64,000 bases of DNA from an uncultured delta proteobacterium (GCA_963796685.1 CAWCMR010000025.1:1536001-1600000); one strand, 5' to 3'. Positions 20,557 through 30,328 are shown, counted from the first letter of the stretch. The notes: generated from the sequence alone by a model not told the origin. A program made the numbers and translations.

Positions 20557-21177
20557 CTACGCGAACTCCACTTGGACCGATTCGCATAGACGCCAACTTG
20601 ACTCCTCGTCTCGAATGCAACCCAGCTTGAGAAGCAAGGCAATCGCATCCCCGAATTCGTTTGCGGAAAGAGCTCCGCGGCCGTACTCAAGCCGCTCGTC
20701 GTTCACGACGGCGAGTAGCGCCTCTTTCGAAATTCGATCGTTCGCATCGCGATTCAACCAAATTGCCCATAGGACCGTCGCCTCGCGATATTGAATCTGC
20801 AATTCCATCTTCGACAAGATCGCCCCCAGTAGACTCAGCGCTATGGACGCCGCGGCCCATGGATGATCCTGCAACCAAAGCGAGGAGATCATGGCAGGCA
20901 ACGTCATCAATAGCTTGCGCGGACTCACGGCGATATTGCCAAGCTTCCGCGACTGCGCGCCGCTGCCTCCGCCGGGAGTCATCGAGACAGAATCTGTCAC
21001 AAAGATCCGGAGAAACTCCGGCGGCGTCACCTGGCAGCATTCGTCAATCAGATGCGACGCTAGGTCGTGGGCTGGTGAACCCAGGGCCGACACGAAGGAC
21101 TTCTCGCCAAGACGGGCGGACACGAGCGTCACCAGCTCGTCTCTCCTCGCCTTGCCTCTCGCAACGTTGAGTCCCAT
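20557..21177 (-). CDS. Hypothetical cassette protein
   Basis: RBS GAAAGGA before ATG 21177; stop abuts the attC. Confidence 0.65.
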   Translation of the reverse strand: MGLNVARGKARRDELVTLVSARLGEKSFVSALGSPAHDLASHLIDECCQVTPPEFLRIFVTDSVSMTPGGGSGAQSRKLGNIAVSPRKLLMTLPAMISSLWLQDHPWAAASIALSLLGAILSKMELQIQYREATVLWAIWLNRDANDRISKEALLAVVNDERLEYGRGALSANEFGDAIALLLKLGCIRDEESSWRLCESVQVEFA

Positions 21178-21191
21178 GGCTTTCCTTTCGT

Positions 21192-21250
21192 CCGTCAACG
21201 TTATGGCGTTGACCTGCGGCGCGCAAGCGCCGTCCAACACCTGGCTCGGC
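21192..21250 (-). repeat. Degenerate short attC
   Basis: CGTCAAC GTTATGGCGTTGACC...CAACACCTGGCTCGGC. Confidence 0.5.
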
Positions 21251-21258
21251 GGCAACGC

Positions 21259-21570
21259 CTACGAAGCAATCCATCGGTCATTGAAACGCTCACGAAAGTC
21301 GGGGATGGTGTCCTCGAACCTCGTAAATCCTTCAGAGCGCATCTGGCGGGCAAACTCTACACTACGATCAGTCCCTACGATCGCGGACCAGTAGTAGCTC
21401 ACGATGCCAGCGGGATCTCGCTCTTCGAGTCGCATGATCATGTACCGAACGCCCTGCTTGAGAGCTTTCGACGCTCTCGACGAGGAAAGGATCGGATCGA
21501 ACACCTGCTCGTGCAAGAACGCTAGCACCTCGGCTTTCTTCTTCTGGTCTTTGTCGGATAGTGTCTTCAT
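21259..21570 (-). CDS. Hypothetical cassette protein (103 aa)
   Basis: RBS AAGGA; fills the space between attC sites. Confidence 0.7.
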   Translation of the reverse strand: MKTLSDKDQKKKAEVLAFLHEQVFDPILSSSRASKALKQGVRYMIMRLEERDPAGIVSYYWSAIVGTDRSVEFARQMRSEGFTRFEDTIPDFRERFNDRWIAS

Positions 21571-21587
21571 GATGGTGGTCCTTGTCC

Positions 21588-21658
21588 GTCGAACGCCTTG
21601 GCGTTCACCCGCGAGCGGCCGTCCGCGGCCGATCGTCGGGTGCAACGCCATGTTGGAC
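21588..21658 (-). repeat. attC (71-bp family)
   Basis: GTCGAAC GCCTTGGCGTTCACCCG...CGGGTGCAACGCCAT GTTGGAC. Confidence 0.9.
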
Positions 21659-21664
21659 GGCATC

Positions 21665-22105
21665 CTACTTCGTGGCGAGCCAGTGGGCATCTGTACATAC
21701 GTCGTCTTCATCCAGACGAATGATCAAGTTGGGGCCACCACCGATACTGCTCGGGGAAAGATAGAAGAGGGCGTAGGCAATAACTCGGCCCGGAACCAGA
21801 CAGGCCCTGCCATCTCTTCGTGGGCAAACGTCGGGTGGGCCCAACGCCTCTACAAGGCTGCTCTTGGTCATCCCGACCAAGCTGGAGAGTTCGTGCTTCC
21901 TCCAATCCTCGGGCCGGTACGACTCGTCTTCCGGGAGCCGACGAAGGTGTTCCCTCTCGCTTCGCAGCCACTCGATCGTTCGGCCCCGATCGCTGGTAGC
22001 CATCGGCCCTTGGCCATTCGGTAGACTCGCTGCTCGACTGCCACCGCACCCCAAAAGCAGTAATGCCAGCAGCGGAACTCCAAAGAAATTCAACCTCATG
22101 AGCAT
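21665..22105 (-). CDS. Putative lipoprotein cassette
   Basis: LLALLLLG-C lipobox; LVGMTKSSLVEALGPPD (BamE/SmpA-like motif). Confidence 0.65.
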   Translation of the reverse strand: MLMRLNFFGVPLLALLLLGCGGSRAASLPNGQGPMATSDRGRTIEWLRSEREHLRRLPEDESYRPEDWRKHELSSLVGMTKSSLVEALGPPDVCPRRDGRACLVPGRVIAYALFYLSPSSIGGGPNLIIRLDEDDVCTDAHWLATK

Positions 22106-22109
22106 GTCC

Positions 22110-22275
22110 GTCCAACGCTTTGCCGTTCAGCGGCGAGGGCCGTAGGTGAAGGTCGATAGTAGCACTGCCGGGGCAGCGCGGCGGCGTTCGATCATTTGTC
22201 GAGCCGCGCGGCCCCGGCTCGTTGACCGTCGACCGAGAGTTGACAGGCCCTCGTCCGCTGCAACGGCCCCGAGCT
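22110..22275 (-). repeat. Long attC (~168-bp family), R'' damaged
   Basis: Close match to 25292-25459. Confidence 0.75.
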
Positions 22276-22287
22276 GACCATGGATCG

Positions 22288-22392
22288 GTCGAACGCCTTG
22301 CCGTTCAGCGGTGTGGGCGCCGCCAAGCCGACGCCACGATTCTACACCGATGTCCCTGCGGCGACCACATCCGCTGCAACGGCTTGTTCGGC
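22288..22392 (-). repeat. attC (~105-bp family)
   Basis: Near-identical to 30225-30328. Confidence 0.9.
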
Positions 22393-22397
22393 GGCGC

Positions 22398-23066
22398 TTA
22401 CTCGCAAACATCGTAGCGACTCTCGTCCACGATCCGCTTGATCCGTCGCCCCTCCGCAAGAGCCAGCCTTGCATAGACGCGCATCTTGTCAGCGTCTCCT
22501 ATCTCGCGGGCGAGCAAAGCCGCGGTATCGAATTTTGTGAAGCAGTCCCTCTCAGCCTCCACTTCCTTCAGCGTTCTCGACAAGTCAGAGTTATCTCGAA
22601 GCCAAGGCAAGCCTTCCTCCGCCAGGGCGGCCGCAATGTTGGTCGAGGCCGACACAGAGCTTTCACCTTGTGGATCGATCCACCAGATATCGGTGCGACG
22701 GCGCTCGGCCGGGTTGAGGAGCGACGCCACACGGGCACTCTGGTCCAGGGTGCAATCCAGGTGCGTTCGCGTGTGGCACATATGCTCGGCCGGGAGAAGT
22801 CGGCCATGCTTGTCTGCCTTTATGTGTGGCTCCCTGGGAAAGAAGGGGTAGTAGACACCGAGCCATACGCCAACGGAGCCTGGTGGCCATCCAGTCACAG
22901 ACGAGAAGTAGTTTCCAACCGCACGAATGTTGAAGACCCAGATCGTCTTTTCCTGCCATCGCCATGCGTTCCGCGCATCCATTTGCATGAAGTCGGCATT
23001 TCGAAGAACCGGAAGGACGTGGGCTCGAAGGGCCCGATTCATTATCGCGGAAGTAGATGGCATCAA
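22398..23066 (-). CDS. Hypothetical cassette protein (possibly DUF4304-like)
   Basis: Fills the cassette; HVLPVLRNADF N-terminus and GLPWL motif. Confidence 0.6.
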   Translation of the reverse strand: MMPSTSAIMNRALRAHVLPVLRNADFMQMDARNAWRWQEKTIWVFNIRAVGNYFSSVTGWPPGSVGVWLGVYYPFFPREPHIKADKHGRLLPAEHMCHTRTHLDCTLDQSARVASLLNPAERRRTDIWWIDPQGESSVSASTNIAAALAEEGLPWLRDNSDLSRTLKEVEAERDCFTKFDTAALLAREIGDADKMRVYARLALAEGRRIKRIVDESRYDVCE

Positions 23067-23076
23067 TGGTTCGTCC

Positions 23077-23180
23077 GCCGAACGCTTTGCCGTTCAGCTG
23101 CAAGCCCGCCGCCGAGTCGGCGCCTCGATTCTACACGATGTCTCTGCGGCGGGATTGTCAGCTGCAACGGCTTGTTCGGC
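23077..23180 (-). repeat. attC (~105-bp family)
   Basis: GCCGAAC...CAGCTGCAACGGCTT GTTCGGC. Confidence 0.9.
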
Positions 23181-23339
23181 GGCACACTTCCGAAAGATGG
23201 CATCGAGATCCGGGGATCCGATCGCCCCGGGGCAGTGTGCTGACGACGTGGCCTCCGCGATGTCCCCTATGCCACCATCCCCGATCACCGACGGAGGCAG
23301 TCGTTTTTGAATCAGTAGTGCCAAATCCCATACCCAGGT

Positions 23340-24257
23340 CTACTTCACCAGTTGGACCTTAAAGTACACCGCCTTGGCAAGGATACCGGCGCCAACCCGA
23401 AGGGTAATTTGCTTCGGAGATTTTTCAAAGCTGTAGGTCAACTTGCATTTGAAGACGCCATTGGGCGGTAGCGTGCCGTCGCACTTCGACTTCATCAAAT
23501 CCAGCTCGCCCTGGTCGCCTTCCTCGGAAAGCGCCTCGAAGAATGCGAGCGACGAAATCGTCTCCTCCTTTTCGGCCTGATTCTGTACCAGCAAACCGAG
23601 GCTAGCCGTCTTGTTCTTGAGCGACGCTTCCTTGAGGGTCACCAACGTTTTCGCCCAGCGCTTCTGTGTACCGATTGGGTCGAATGCGGCTTGAACCGCT
23701 GGCGACACAGGCACAGAAGGCTCTTCGATGTGGGCCGTAGCCGTGCATGCCTTCACCGAGGAGAAGACGATCTCGTACACAGGCGCGGTAATGGCGCCCT
23801 TCTCCGTGAGGCTTCGTTCCCGCCCATTAACCTTTCCGGAAAAGAGGACACAGCCGCCTTCCTGGAGGCTGCTTGCGGCTTGGTAGACTTCACTACCGGA
23901 CTTGATCTTGTCGAATAGCCCATAGCCCTGTTCGAACGTGATCTTGCCAGCGCCCCGGCCGATTGCCACGCGCAGCTTCAGTTTCGTTCCACCGTGGTTG
24001 GTCTCCAGTCTATCGACCCAGCCCTCCCAGTTCGTCACACGATGTTGCAAATCGGCGAAGAAGCGGTCTTCGAATGCACGCGCCTCATTGAACACTTGGG
24101 ACTTCTTGATTTCATTTGGCGCTGCATTGTAGCTGTCCCTGAACTTCGCCATCTCGGACGCGAAGTCTTGTGGGCGGCCGGTTGATGGCTCAGGCGTGAC
24201 GGCGGCCGTGAAGAATGCCAGGAAGAACCCGGCCGCAGTCGATAAGGTTGTTTCCAT
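23340..24257 (-). CDS. Secreted hypothetical protein
   Basis: RBS AGGAG before ATG 24257; signal-like N-terminus. Confidence 0.65.
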   Translation of the reverse strand: METTLSTAAGFFLAFFTAAVTPEPSTGRPQDFASEMAKFRDSYNAAPNEIKKSQVFNEARAFEDRFFADLQHRVTNWEGWVDRLETNHGGTKLKLRVAIGRGAGKITFEQGYGLFDKIKSGSEVYQAASSLQEGGCVLFSGKVNGRERSLTEKGAITAPVYEIVFSSVKACTATAHIEEPSVPVSPAVQAAFDPIGTQKRWAKTLVTLKEASLKNKTASLGLLVQNQAEKEETISSLAFFEALSEEGDQGELDLMKSKCDGTLPPNGVFKCKLTYSFEKSPKQITLRVGAGILAKAVYFKVQLVK

Positions 24258-24270
24258 ATTGCCGCTCCTT

Positions 24271-25143
24271 CTAATGCCTGATGTTCTGCAGGAACTCCGG
24301 GTCGGCACGAACTCTGGCAATCCAGGCCCGATGCGCGGTTCCGAAGGATGGGATGGTCCTGACCGCGGCAGGATGAGCAAGAGGGAGCCACACGACAGAA
24401 CGACCGCCGAGACGTAGGCTCACGGCCTTTCCATAATCGTGACCCGCTGACAGGGCGGTAGGTGCAACCGAGCCGCCGTCCTTCGCCAGAAGCGTACGCA
24501 GCACACGAAGGGCGGCATTCCCCAAGGTTACGATGACCTTGGGCTGAGCCTTCTCGAGCTCAGCCATCAACCGACGGCGCTGCGGTTGTTCCAGACCTTC
24601 TTGCACGATCGCATCCTCAGAAGGGTGGTGGGCAAGGGCTGCTGGCGGCGCCTTCGCGGCTGTAGCAAAGTGAGCGTAGGTATCTGCGATACGTTCTTCA
24701 GCACCCTCGCTGGCACGGTAGGTGTCCAGCACATCGGTGATCCAGACATCGCTGCGGACAACCCCCAGCGGTGCTAGGAAATCGTGTGCTAGCTCGACTC
24801 CCGAGGAGCCGTTCAGTTTGCCGGTTGGCTCGACCCTGCCCCATTGGTTCTCATCGAACCTGACCTTGCGCTTCCACTCAGCGACTACTGCTACTTCGTC
24901 CGATCCCTCCCAAAAGGGCTCAGGTTCATTGTCCACGGGGAGCGCGCGCACGGTCTTGCCTGGCCTCGGCGGCGTCCATTGAACGTGAACGGCACTTGGG
25001 TAGGCACCTAGCACGAAGAGCAAACGAGGCGTGGATACAGATGGCGGCCGCCGAAGAACATGCGCTCCGAAGGGAAACCTATATTCCGGGAAATGGTCAC
25101 CGGTGGTGTCCGTCGAACTGGCGGCGATTCGGGTTGAGTTCAT
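24271..25143 (-). CDS. Uracil-DNA glycosylase-superfamily protein
   Basis: LFVLGAYP, WITD, PKVIVTLGNAA, LPLAHPAA. Confidence 0.7.
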   Translation of the reverse strand: MNSTRIAASSTDTTGDHFPEYRFPFGAHVLRRPPSVSTPRLLFVLGAYPSAVHVQWTPPRPGKTVRALPVDNEPEPFWEGSDEVAVVAEWKRKVRFDENQWGRVEPTGKLNGSSGVELAHDFLAPLGVVRSDVWITDVLDTYRASEGAEERIADTYAHFATAAKAPPAALAHHPSEDAIVQEGLEQPQRRRLMAELEKAQPKVIVTLGNAALRVLRTLLAKDGGSVAPTALSAGHDYGKAVSLRLGGRSVVWLPLAHPAAVRTIPSFGTAHRAWIARVRADPEFLQNIRH

Positions 25144-25291
25144 TCGCTCTGCTCCACCGTCTCCTGCCAAAGTCAGTTTGCCCGCGACCAGAACTGTCAG
25201 CGCTGCGCCCAGCGAGCAAAGCGTACTGCCAGTATGGGGCACAGACAGCATCATCTCACTTTTTCGAACGCAAATACATCGAGGATTGTCC

Positions 25292-25459
25292 GTCGAACGG
25301 TTTGCCGTTCAGCGGCGAGGGCCGTAGGTGAAGGTCGATAGTAGCACTGCCGGGGCCGCGCGGCGGCCTTCCGATCATCGGATGAGCCGCGCGGCCCCGG
25401 CTCGTAGGACATCGACCGAGAGTTGACAGGCCCTCGTCCGCTGCAACGGCATGTTGGAC
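25292..25459 (-). repeat. Long attC (168 bp)
   Basis: GTCGAAC GGTTTGCCGTTCAGCGG...CCGCTGCAACGGCAT GTTGGAC. Confidence 0.85.
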
Positions 25460-25823
25460 ATCGGGACCGCGCACCTGGCCTTCGCGGCCCTTCGAGGCCC
25501 AGGCTGAGTCTTGCGTCCTCGCGATTTTCGGAAGACTCCGATGGTGTTTGTCGTGAGGTCGGGATCGCGGCGCTGACTGCGTGCGAGGACGGGTCGCTGC
25601 CGTCTCGCTGAGCGTGTTCCCGAGATCAGCCGCCCGAGAAGAGATGCCGGCGCCGAGGCCGAGCTGGCCGTGTTCGCGGCAACTGCATGCACCACCGCGA
25701 CGGTCGTGATCAAGCCGGTCGCCGCAGTCATCGACATCGTCGCCAGTAACATCGCATCGCCGACCAAGAGCTGCCGTTTCGTGGCCGCCAGAACTCCTTC
25801 GCCCGCCTCAAGCGGTCCTGCAT

Positions 25824-25894
25824 GTCCAACGCCTTGCCGTTCAGCTGCGGGCGGCCGTCTGCGGCCGACCGTCAGCTGCAACGGCTTGTTGGGC
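25824..25894 (-). repeat. attC (71-bp family)
   Basis: GTCCAAC...CAGCTGCAACGGCTT GTTGGGC. Confidence 0.9.
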
Positions 25895-25897
25895 AGC

Positions 25898-26974
25898 CTA
25901 TTTGTGGAAGTGAGTCTTCACGGCAGCCAATACTTCATCTGCACTCGGCTGCTCACCCCCATGTTTTGCGAACAGAAGGTCCAAAGCCGCGATGTAAGCT
26001 TCCCCGAGAGCCGTCGTCAATGCAGAAGCAGTCGCCGCGCTTATCACACCGCCCAACGCGGTGCCGGCCCCCGGGATCAGCTTGAGCAGGCCGGCGACGA
26101 TAGCTCTTCCACCAAGTGTTGCGGCACCGCTGCCCACAGTGGCGCCAAGTAAGGTACTCAGAAATCCGTCGGAAAAATCGAGGCCGTAGGTGGCAGTTAT
26201 CCCGGCGAGCATACCAATCTGAATCGGGACAAGCGCGAGCGCGTCGGCGAACGGCAGCGGGATAAAGGCCACGCCAGTTGCTGCTACCACAGCTCCGGCC
26301 ACAATGAATTGAGACTTCTTGCGCTTGAGCGCTAGATCAGCCTTCTGAGCGGCAACGAAGGCCCGCCTTTGTCCCTCCGGGATTAGGTCCACCGTGGCGC
26401 GGACGAGTTCAACTAGACCCATCGGCGGAAGGCTGTGACCATCGTCAAGCTGTTCTGCGATGGAGCGAACACGAAGCGTATTTGTGGTGCGCGGAAGAAG
26501 GCGCTGAACCTCAGCGCGAAAGCCGTTGTCGGCCCGAGCCTTGGTGATCACCCCCAGCACTGGCATGAAGTCTGCCAGCATTTCAACCAAGGCTGACTCG
26601 GCATTCTCCACTCGGCGGAGATCCTCGGCGATGCAGACCCAGGCAACGTGAATGTGTCGGCGCGGATCGTGTTCCGCACGACGCTCGGCAAGGAAGGACT
26701 TTAGGTTGGCGATAGTCGCGGCGAACTCGGCCATCTCCAGCCCACGAGTATCGAAGATGGTAAGAGGTGTCCCGGGCTTGTTGATTTCCCTCGTCCCAGT
26801 CGTCACCGGACGACCCTGCCCAGTTGTGGCGAATTCTCCCTGGAACACACTGTTGACGAGTGTGCTCTTACCCACACCTGTCCGCCCAGCAAGGAGGATG
26901 TTCGCATGGCCGCGCTCGCGCATGGCTTCTTCAAATGCCTTTCGCACTTCTTCGCCGATGTTGATGTCGCCCAT
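25898..26974 (-). CDS. P-loop GTPase with YcjF/DUF697-like C-terminal membrane region
   Basis: GRTGVGKST, DTRG, TKAD; IPLPFADALALVPIQ. Confidence 0.88.
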   Translation of the reverse strand: MGDINIGEEVRKAFEEAMRERGHANILLAGRTGVGKSTLVNSVFQGEFATTGQGRPVTTGTREINKPGTPLTIFDTRGLEMAEFAATIANLKSFLAERRAEHDPRRHIHVAWVCIAEDLRRVENAESALVEMLADFMPVLGVITKARADNGFRAEVQRLLPRTTNTLRVRSIAEQLDDGHSLPPMGLVELVRATVDLIPEGQRRAFVAAQKADLALKRKKSQFIVAGAVVAATGVAFIPLPFADALALVPIQIGMLAGITATYGLDFSDGFLSTLLGATVGSGAATLGGRAIVAGLLKLIPGAGTALGGVISAATASALTTALGEAYIAALDLLFAKHGGEQPSADEVLAAVKTHFHK

Positions 26975-27066
26975 CGTTCTCCTGTTCTAGCTGCTGTTCG
27001 CTCCTACACATTAGCGGAATTGCTCTGTTTGCGCCACCAAGTCAAGATGCGCTGGCGCGGCGGTCT

Positions 27067-27137
27067 GCCCAACGCGCTGGCGTTAACCCGCGGGCGGCCG
27101 TCTGCGGCCGACCGTCGGGTTCAACGCCTTGTTGGGC
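27067..27137 (-). repeat. attC (71-bp family)
   Basis: GCCCAAC...GGGTTCAACGCCTT GTTGGGC. Confidence 0.9.
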
Positions 27138-27172
27138 GGCCGGCCGTCAATCATCTACCAGTTCGTCGGTAA

Positions 27173-28500
27173 GGTCTCGCGCGTAAATAAAAGAGCGCAT
27201 ATAGGGAAGATTGCGTATACTGTGCACTCAAAGGGAAGAGTGTCGCAATATGGACGAAGTGGAACGGGTTCGGAAGCTCTTTTGTGATCTGACGCCCATT
27301 TTGAATGAGCGCCAGATTCGACTGTGGGCCGCAGCGGAAGCAGAATCACTGGGTCGCGGCGGCGTCACCATCGTCACTCGCGCGACCGGCCTGCGCCACA
27401 AGAGAATCGTTGCAGGGAAAAGAGATTTGCAGGTGCAGCGGGAGACGCCGCCCTTGGAAGCACCGTGCGAACAGAGGGTGCGCCGCCCCGGTGCTGGGCG
27501 CAAACGTATTGAGGATCAGGACCCAGAACTGGTCAAAGCCCTTGAACGTCTGATCGACCCCGCTACACGAGGAGATCCGGAATCGCCGCTTCGTTGGACA
27601 AGCAAAGGCACGCGGCGCCTCGCTGAAGAACTGACAATACAGGGGCACCCGGTCAGCGCAACCAAGGTGCGAGAGCTACTGGTGGACCTGGACTACAGTC
27701 TGCAAGCAAACCACAAGACCAGAGAGGGCAAGCAGGATCCGGACCGAGATGCCCAGTTCGAGTACATCAACCGCCGGGCGAAGGAGTTCCAGTCGAAGGG
27801 GCTGCCTGTAATCTCTGTCGACACCAAAAAGAAGGAGAACCTGGGCGATTTCAAGAACGGAGGCCGCGAATGGGAGCCGAAGGGTTCGCCGGTTCCCGTC
27901 CGGGTTCATGACTTCATTGACAAGGAACTCGGCAAGGCGATTCCGTATGGCGTGTACGACCTCGCAAGGAACGAGGGTTGGGTGAGCGTGGGGATTGACC
28001 ACGACACCGCCGAGTTTGCAGTGGAAACCATCCGTCGTTGGTGGAAGAGGATGGGCAAGGCAGTGTATCCGGAAGCGGAGGAGCTGCTCATCACTGCGGA
28101 CGGAGGTGGCAGCAACGGGGCACGAGTGCGTCTTTGGAAGACAGAACTTCAGGAATTCGCGGACGAGAGCGGATTGCGGATACAAGTAGCGCACTACCCG
28201 CCTGGGACGAGCAAGTGGAACAAGATCGAACACCGGATGTTCTGCCACATCACCGCGAACTGGAGGGGGAGGCCGCTTGAGACTCTCGAAACCGTCGTCA
28301 ATCTGATTGGAGCCACAACGACAAAGCGGGGCCTCCACATCCGCGCCGCCGCCGACCGGAACTCGTACAAAAAGGGAATCAAGGTCGCACACGAGGAGAT
28401 GGAAGCCGTCAATCTTCGCCCCGCCCGTTTCAGAGGTGACTGGAACTACACAGTCACGCCGCAATCAGACTAATGCGATCAGTTATTTTCGCGCGAGACC
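27173..28500 (+). mobile_element. ISAzo13-family IS, 1328 bp
   Basis: IRs GGTCTCGCGCG-AAATAA (1 mismatch); 3-bp TSD TAA at 27170-27172 and 28501-28503. Confidence 0.93.
27250..28473 (+). CDS. ISAzo13 transposase
   Basis: RGDPESPLRWTSK, VISVDTKKKE, ITADGGGSNG, PPGTSKWNKIEHR. Confidence 0.95.
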   Translation: MDEVERVRKLFCDLTPILNERQIRLWAAAEAESLGRGGVTIVTRATGLRHKRIVAGKRDLQVQRETPPLEAPCEQRVRRPGAGRKRIEDQDPELVKALERLIDPATRGDPESPLRWTSKGTRRLAEELTIQGHPVSATKVRELLVDLDYSLQANHKTREGKQDPDRDAQFEYINRRAKEFQSKGLPVISVDTKKKENLGDFKNGGREWEPKGSPVPVRVHDFIDKELGKAIPYGVYDLARNEGWVSVGIDHDTAEFAVETIRRWWKRMGKAVYPEAEELLITADGGGSNGARVRLWKTELQEFADESGLRIQVAHYPPGTSKWNKIEHRMFCHITANWRGRPLETLETVVNLIGATTTKRGLHIRAAADRNSYKKGIKVAHEEMEAVNLRPARFRGDWNYTVTPQSD

Positions 28501-29251
28501 TAAGGATGAAATGGAACCATCCCCGCGGGTCCGAATGGTTCGCGGTCAGCTTCCCGATTCTTGCGGCGACTCGGTCACAGCGACCCATTGCGAAGTTGCC
28601 GACGTATTCCGTTGTTCCACGATCTGCGGCTGCATAGAGGAGCTGGTAGGTCGGCGGCAAGATGAAGTCGTCGATGATTGGTTCCTTGCGTGCGTTGATG
28701 GCCGGAAGCTTGCCTAGATCCGAATCGACAAATACGGCCACGCGTCCCCCGAACTCGGGAGAAGTGGTGATCATCTGGATCGCGGCGCGCCATCCATGCC
28801 TTTCCGGAGACGGACGTGCCGAGCACCAAACTATCGCCGGCAGGAAGGCAATCGCGAAGGTTCGAGTGGTCCCTTCCCCGAAAGTTAGGTTGCTAATCCG
28901 CGCAGCGACAGTTACGGATCGCCCGGCTTCGGGATCGGTGTTCGTGTCGACCGCAAACACGTGATCGAATTCAAGGAGCCGACGATCGGGATCAGTCTCA
29001 ATCTGGCTTCGTGCCTCGCTGAGGTTGAGAAACTTCGGGCCGTTGTCGCTGCGCGAGTACGAAACCCCACTCTGCAGAATTCCCTCGGCAATCTGCCGTC
29101 CCTTTCCATCCAGAAGCGGGACTACGCCATTGACGGGGACACCAAGAACCAGCGTTGTGTCCTCTTTGAGTGAGTCAGGGTTTAGGACGAGCGTGGGGAT
29201 TCTGGGCTTACGCTCATCCGCTGTGCCGGCGTTCGGTTTTCGCTTGGTCAT
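28454..29251 (-). CDS. Hypothetical cassette protein; last codons displaced by ISAzo13 (native end ...ILPTNW* at 27155)
   Basis: Removing the IS restores the frame; acidic motifs AVDTN, PERHGW, VDSD. Confidence 0.65.
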   Translation of the reverse strand: MTKRKPNAGTADERKPRIPTLVLNPDSLKEDTTLVLGVPVNGVVPLLDGKGRQIAEGILQSGVSYSRSDNGPKFLNLSEARSQIETDPDRRLLEFDHVFAVDTNTDPEAGRSVTVAARISNLTFGEGTTRTFAIAFLPAIVWCSARPSPERHGWRAAIQMITTSPEFGGRVAVFVDSDLGKLPAINARKEPIIDDFILPPTYQLLYAAADRGTTEYVGNFAMGRCDRVAARIGKLTANHSDPRGWFHFILRSRAKITDRISLIAA

Positions 29252-29306
29252 GATGCTTGATATTGTAGGTCGGGAGGCCTCTTCGGCATTTCGGATGATG
29301 TTGTCC

Positions 29307-29377
29307 GCCCAACGCCTTGGCGTTCACCCGCGAGCGGCCGTCCGCGGCCGATCGTCGGGTGCAACGCCTTGTTCGGC
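29307..29377 (-). repeat. attC (71-bp family)
   Basis: Interior identical to 21588-21658. Confidence 0.9.
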
Positions 29378-29387
29378 AGCCGACACG

Positions 29388-30189
29388 CTACTTCAACTCT
29401 TCAATCTTGCCTCTCAAGTGCTCCTCGTTCGGTCGATTCAAGGGTTGCGGGTAGAACCACGTGTCGGCAGGGAAGTGCCGAGCGTTGGCCTTGCAGTACC
29501 GCAGTCCATCATCGCTAAGAAGCACCTGGCCGTCAGGGGATTGCGCGATCAGCCCATCGCGAAGCAGCGATGCAGCCGCTTCCGAGAAGACAGACTGCCT
29601 CAGCAGGCGGACCATCGACCCGAAAGGTCCATCTCGAATTCAGGTTTGGGTATCGTTCGACCTGGAAGTGCCAGAGGGTATTTAGGAGCTTCAGCTCGGC
29701 AGCGGAGCGCGGAGCAGCGGCCGGTTGGGATGGGAGTCCTGAAGCGGTCTTGGCACCAGCCACGGGCGGAGCTGTGACGGGTGGCACGGCACCGCCCATG
29801 GGTGGCGGCGTTGGGGGCGCCTTCGTGGGGTCCCACGCGCCCTGCTGAACGACGACGGTCGCCCGAGCCGTTGACGTTGCGGACAGTCCTGTAACAACCA
29901 TGGTTGTCACTTGGCGCACGTCATCCCGCACTTCGCGGACCGTTTCTTTTGCCCTCTCAACCTCACGCTCGAGTTCCAGCAACTTTCCGATCTTCACGGA
30001 GCGAACAAAGGGCAGCAGGAAGAATCCAACGCTCATCCATAAAAAGGTTCCATCCAGGACAGAGGTCGGTGGCACCACGACTGTCCCCTTGTGCAGCCAG
30101 TACAAGACAAAGCTGCCAACGGCCGGCGGCCACAACACTGCGCGGAGTAGCCAAGGCGACTGCACCTTCTGCTCTTTACTCGTATCCAT
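29388..30189 (-). pseudogene. Membrane protein cassette gene, probably frameshifted near 29600
   Basis: Overlapping ORFs 29533-30189 and 29388-29615 together fill one cassette; RBS AGGAGG. Confidence 0.55.
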
Positions 30190-30224
30190 GGTTCCTCCTG
30201 TCTGAGCCTTCTACCTGCTGGTCT

Positions 30225-30328
30225 GCCGAACTCCTTGCCGTTCAGCGGTGTGGGCGCCGCCAAGCTGGCGCCGCGATTCTACACGATGTCCCCGCGGCGA
30301 CCACATCCGCTGCAACGGCTTGTTCGAC
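30225..30328 (-). repeat. attC (~105-bp family)
   Basis: GCCGAAC...CCGCTGCAACGGCTT GTTCGAC. Confidence 0.9.

Noticed and set aside
25375-25881. 168-aa ORF as a cassette gene
   Set aside because: It starts and ends inside attC sites and is low-complexity; the cassette may be non-coding or hold a shorter ORF I cannot support
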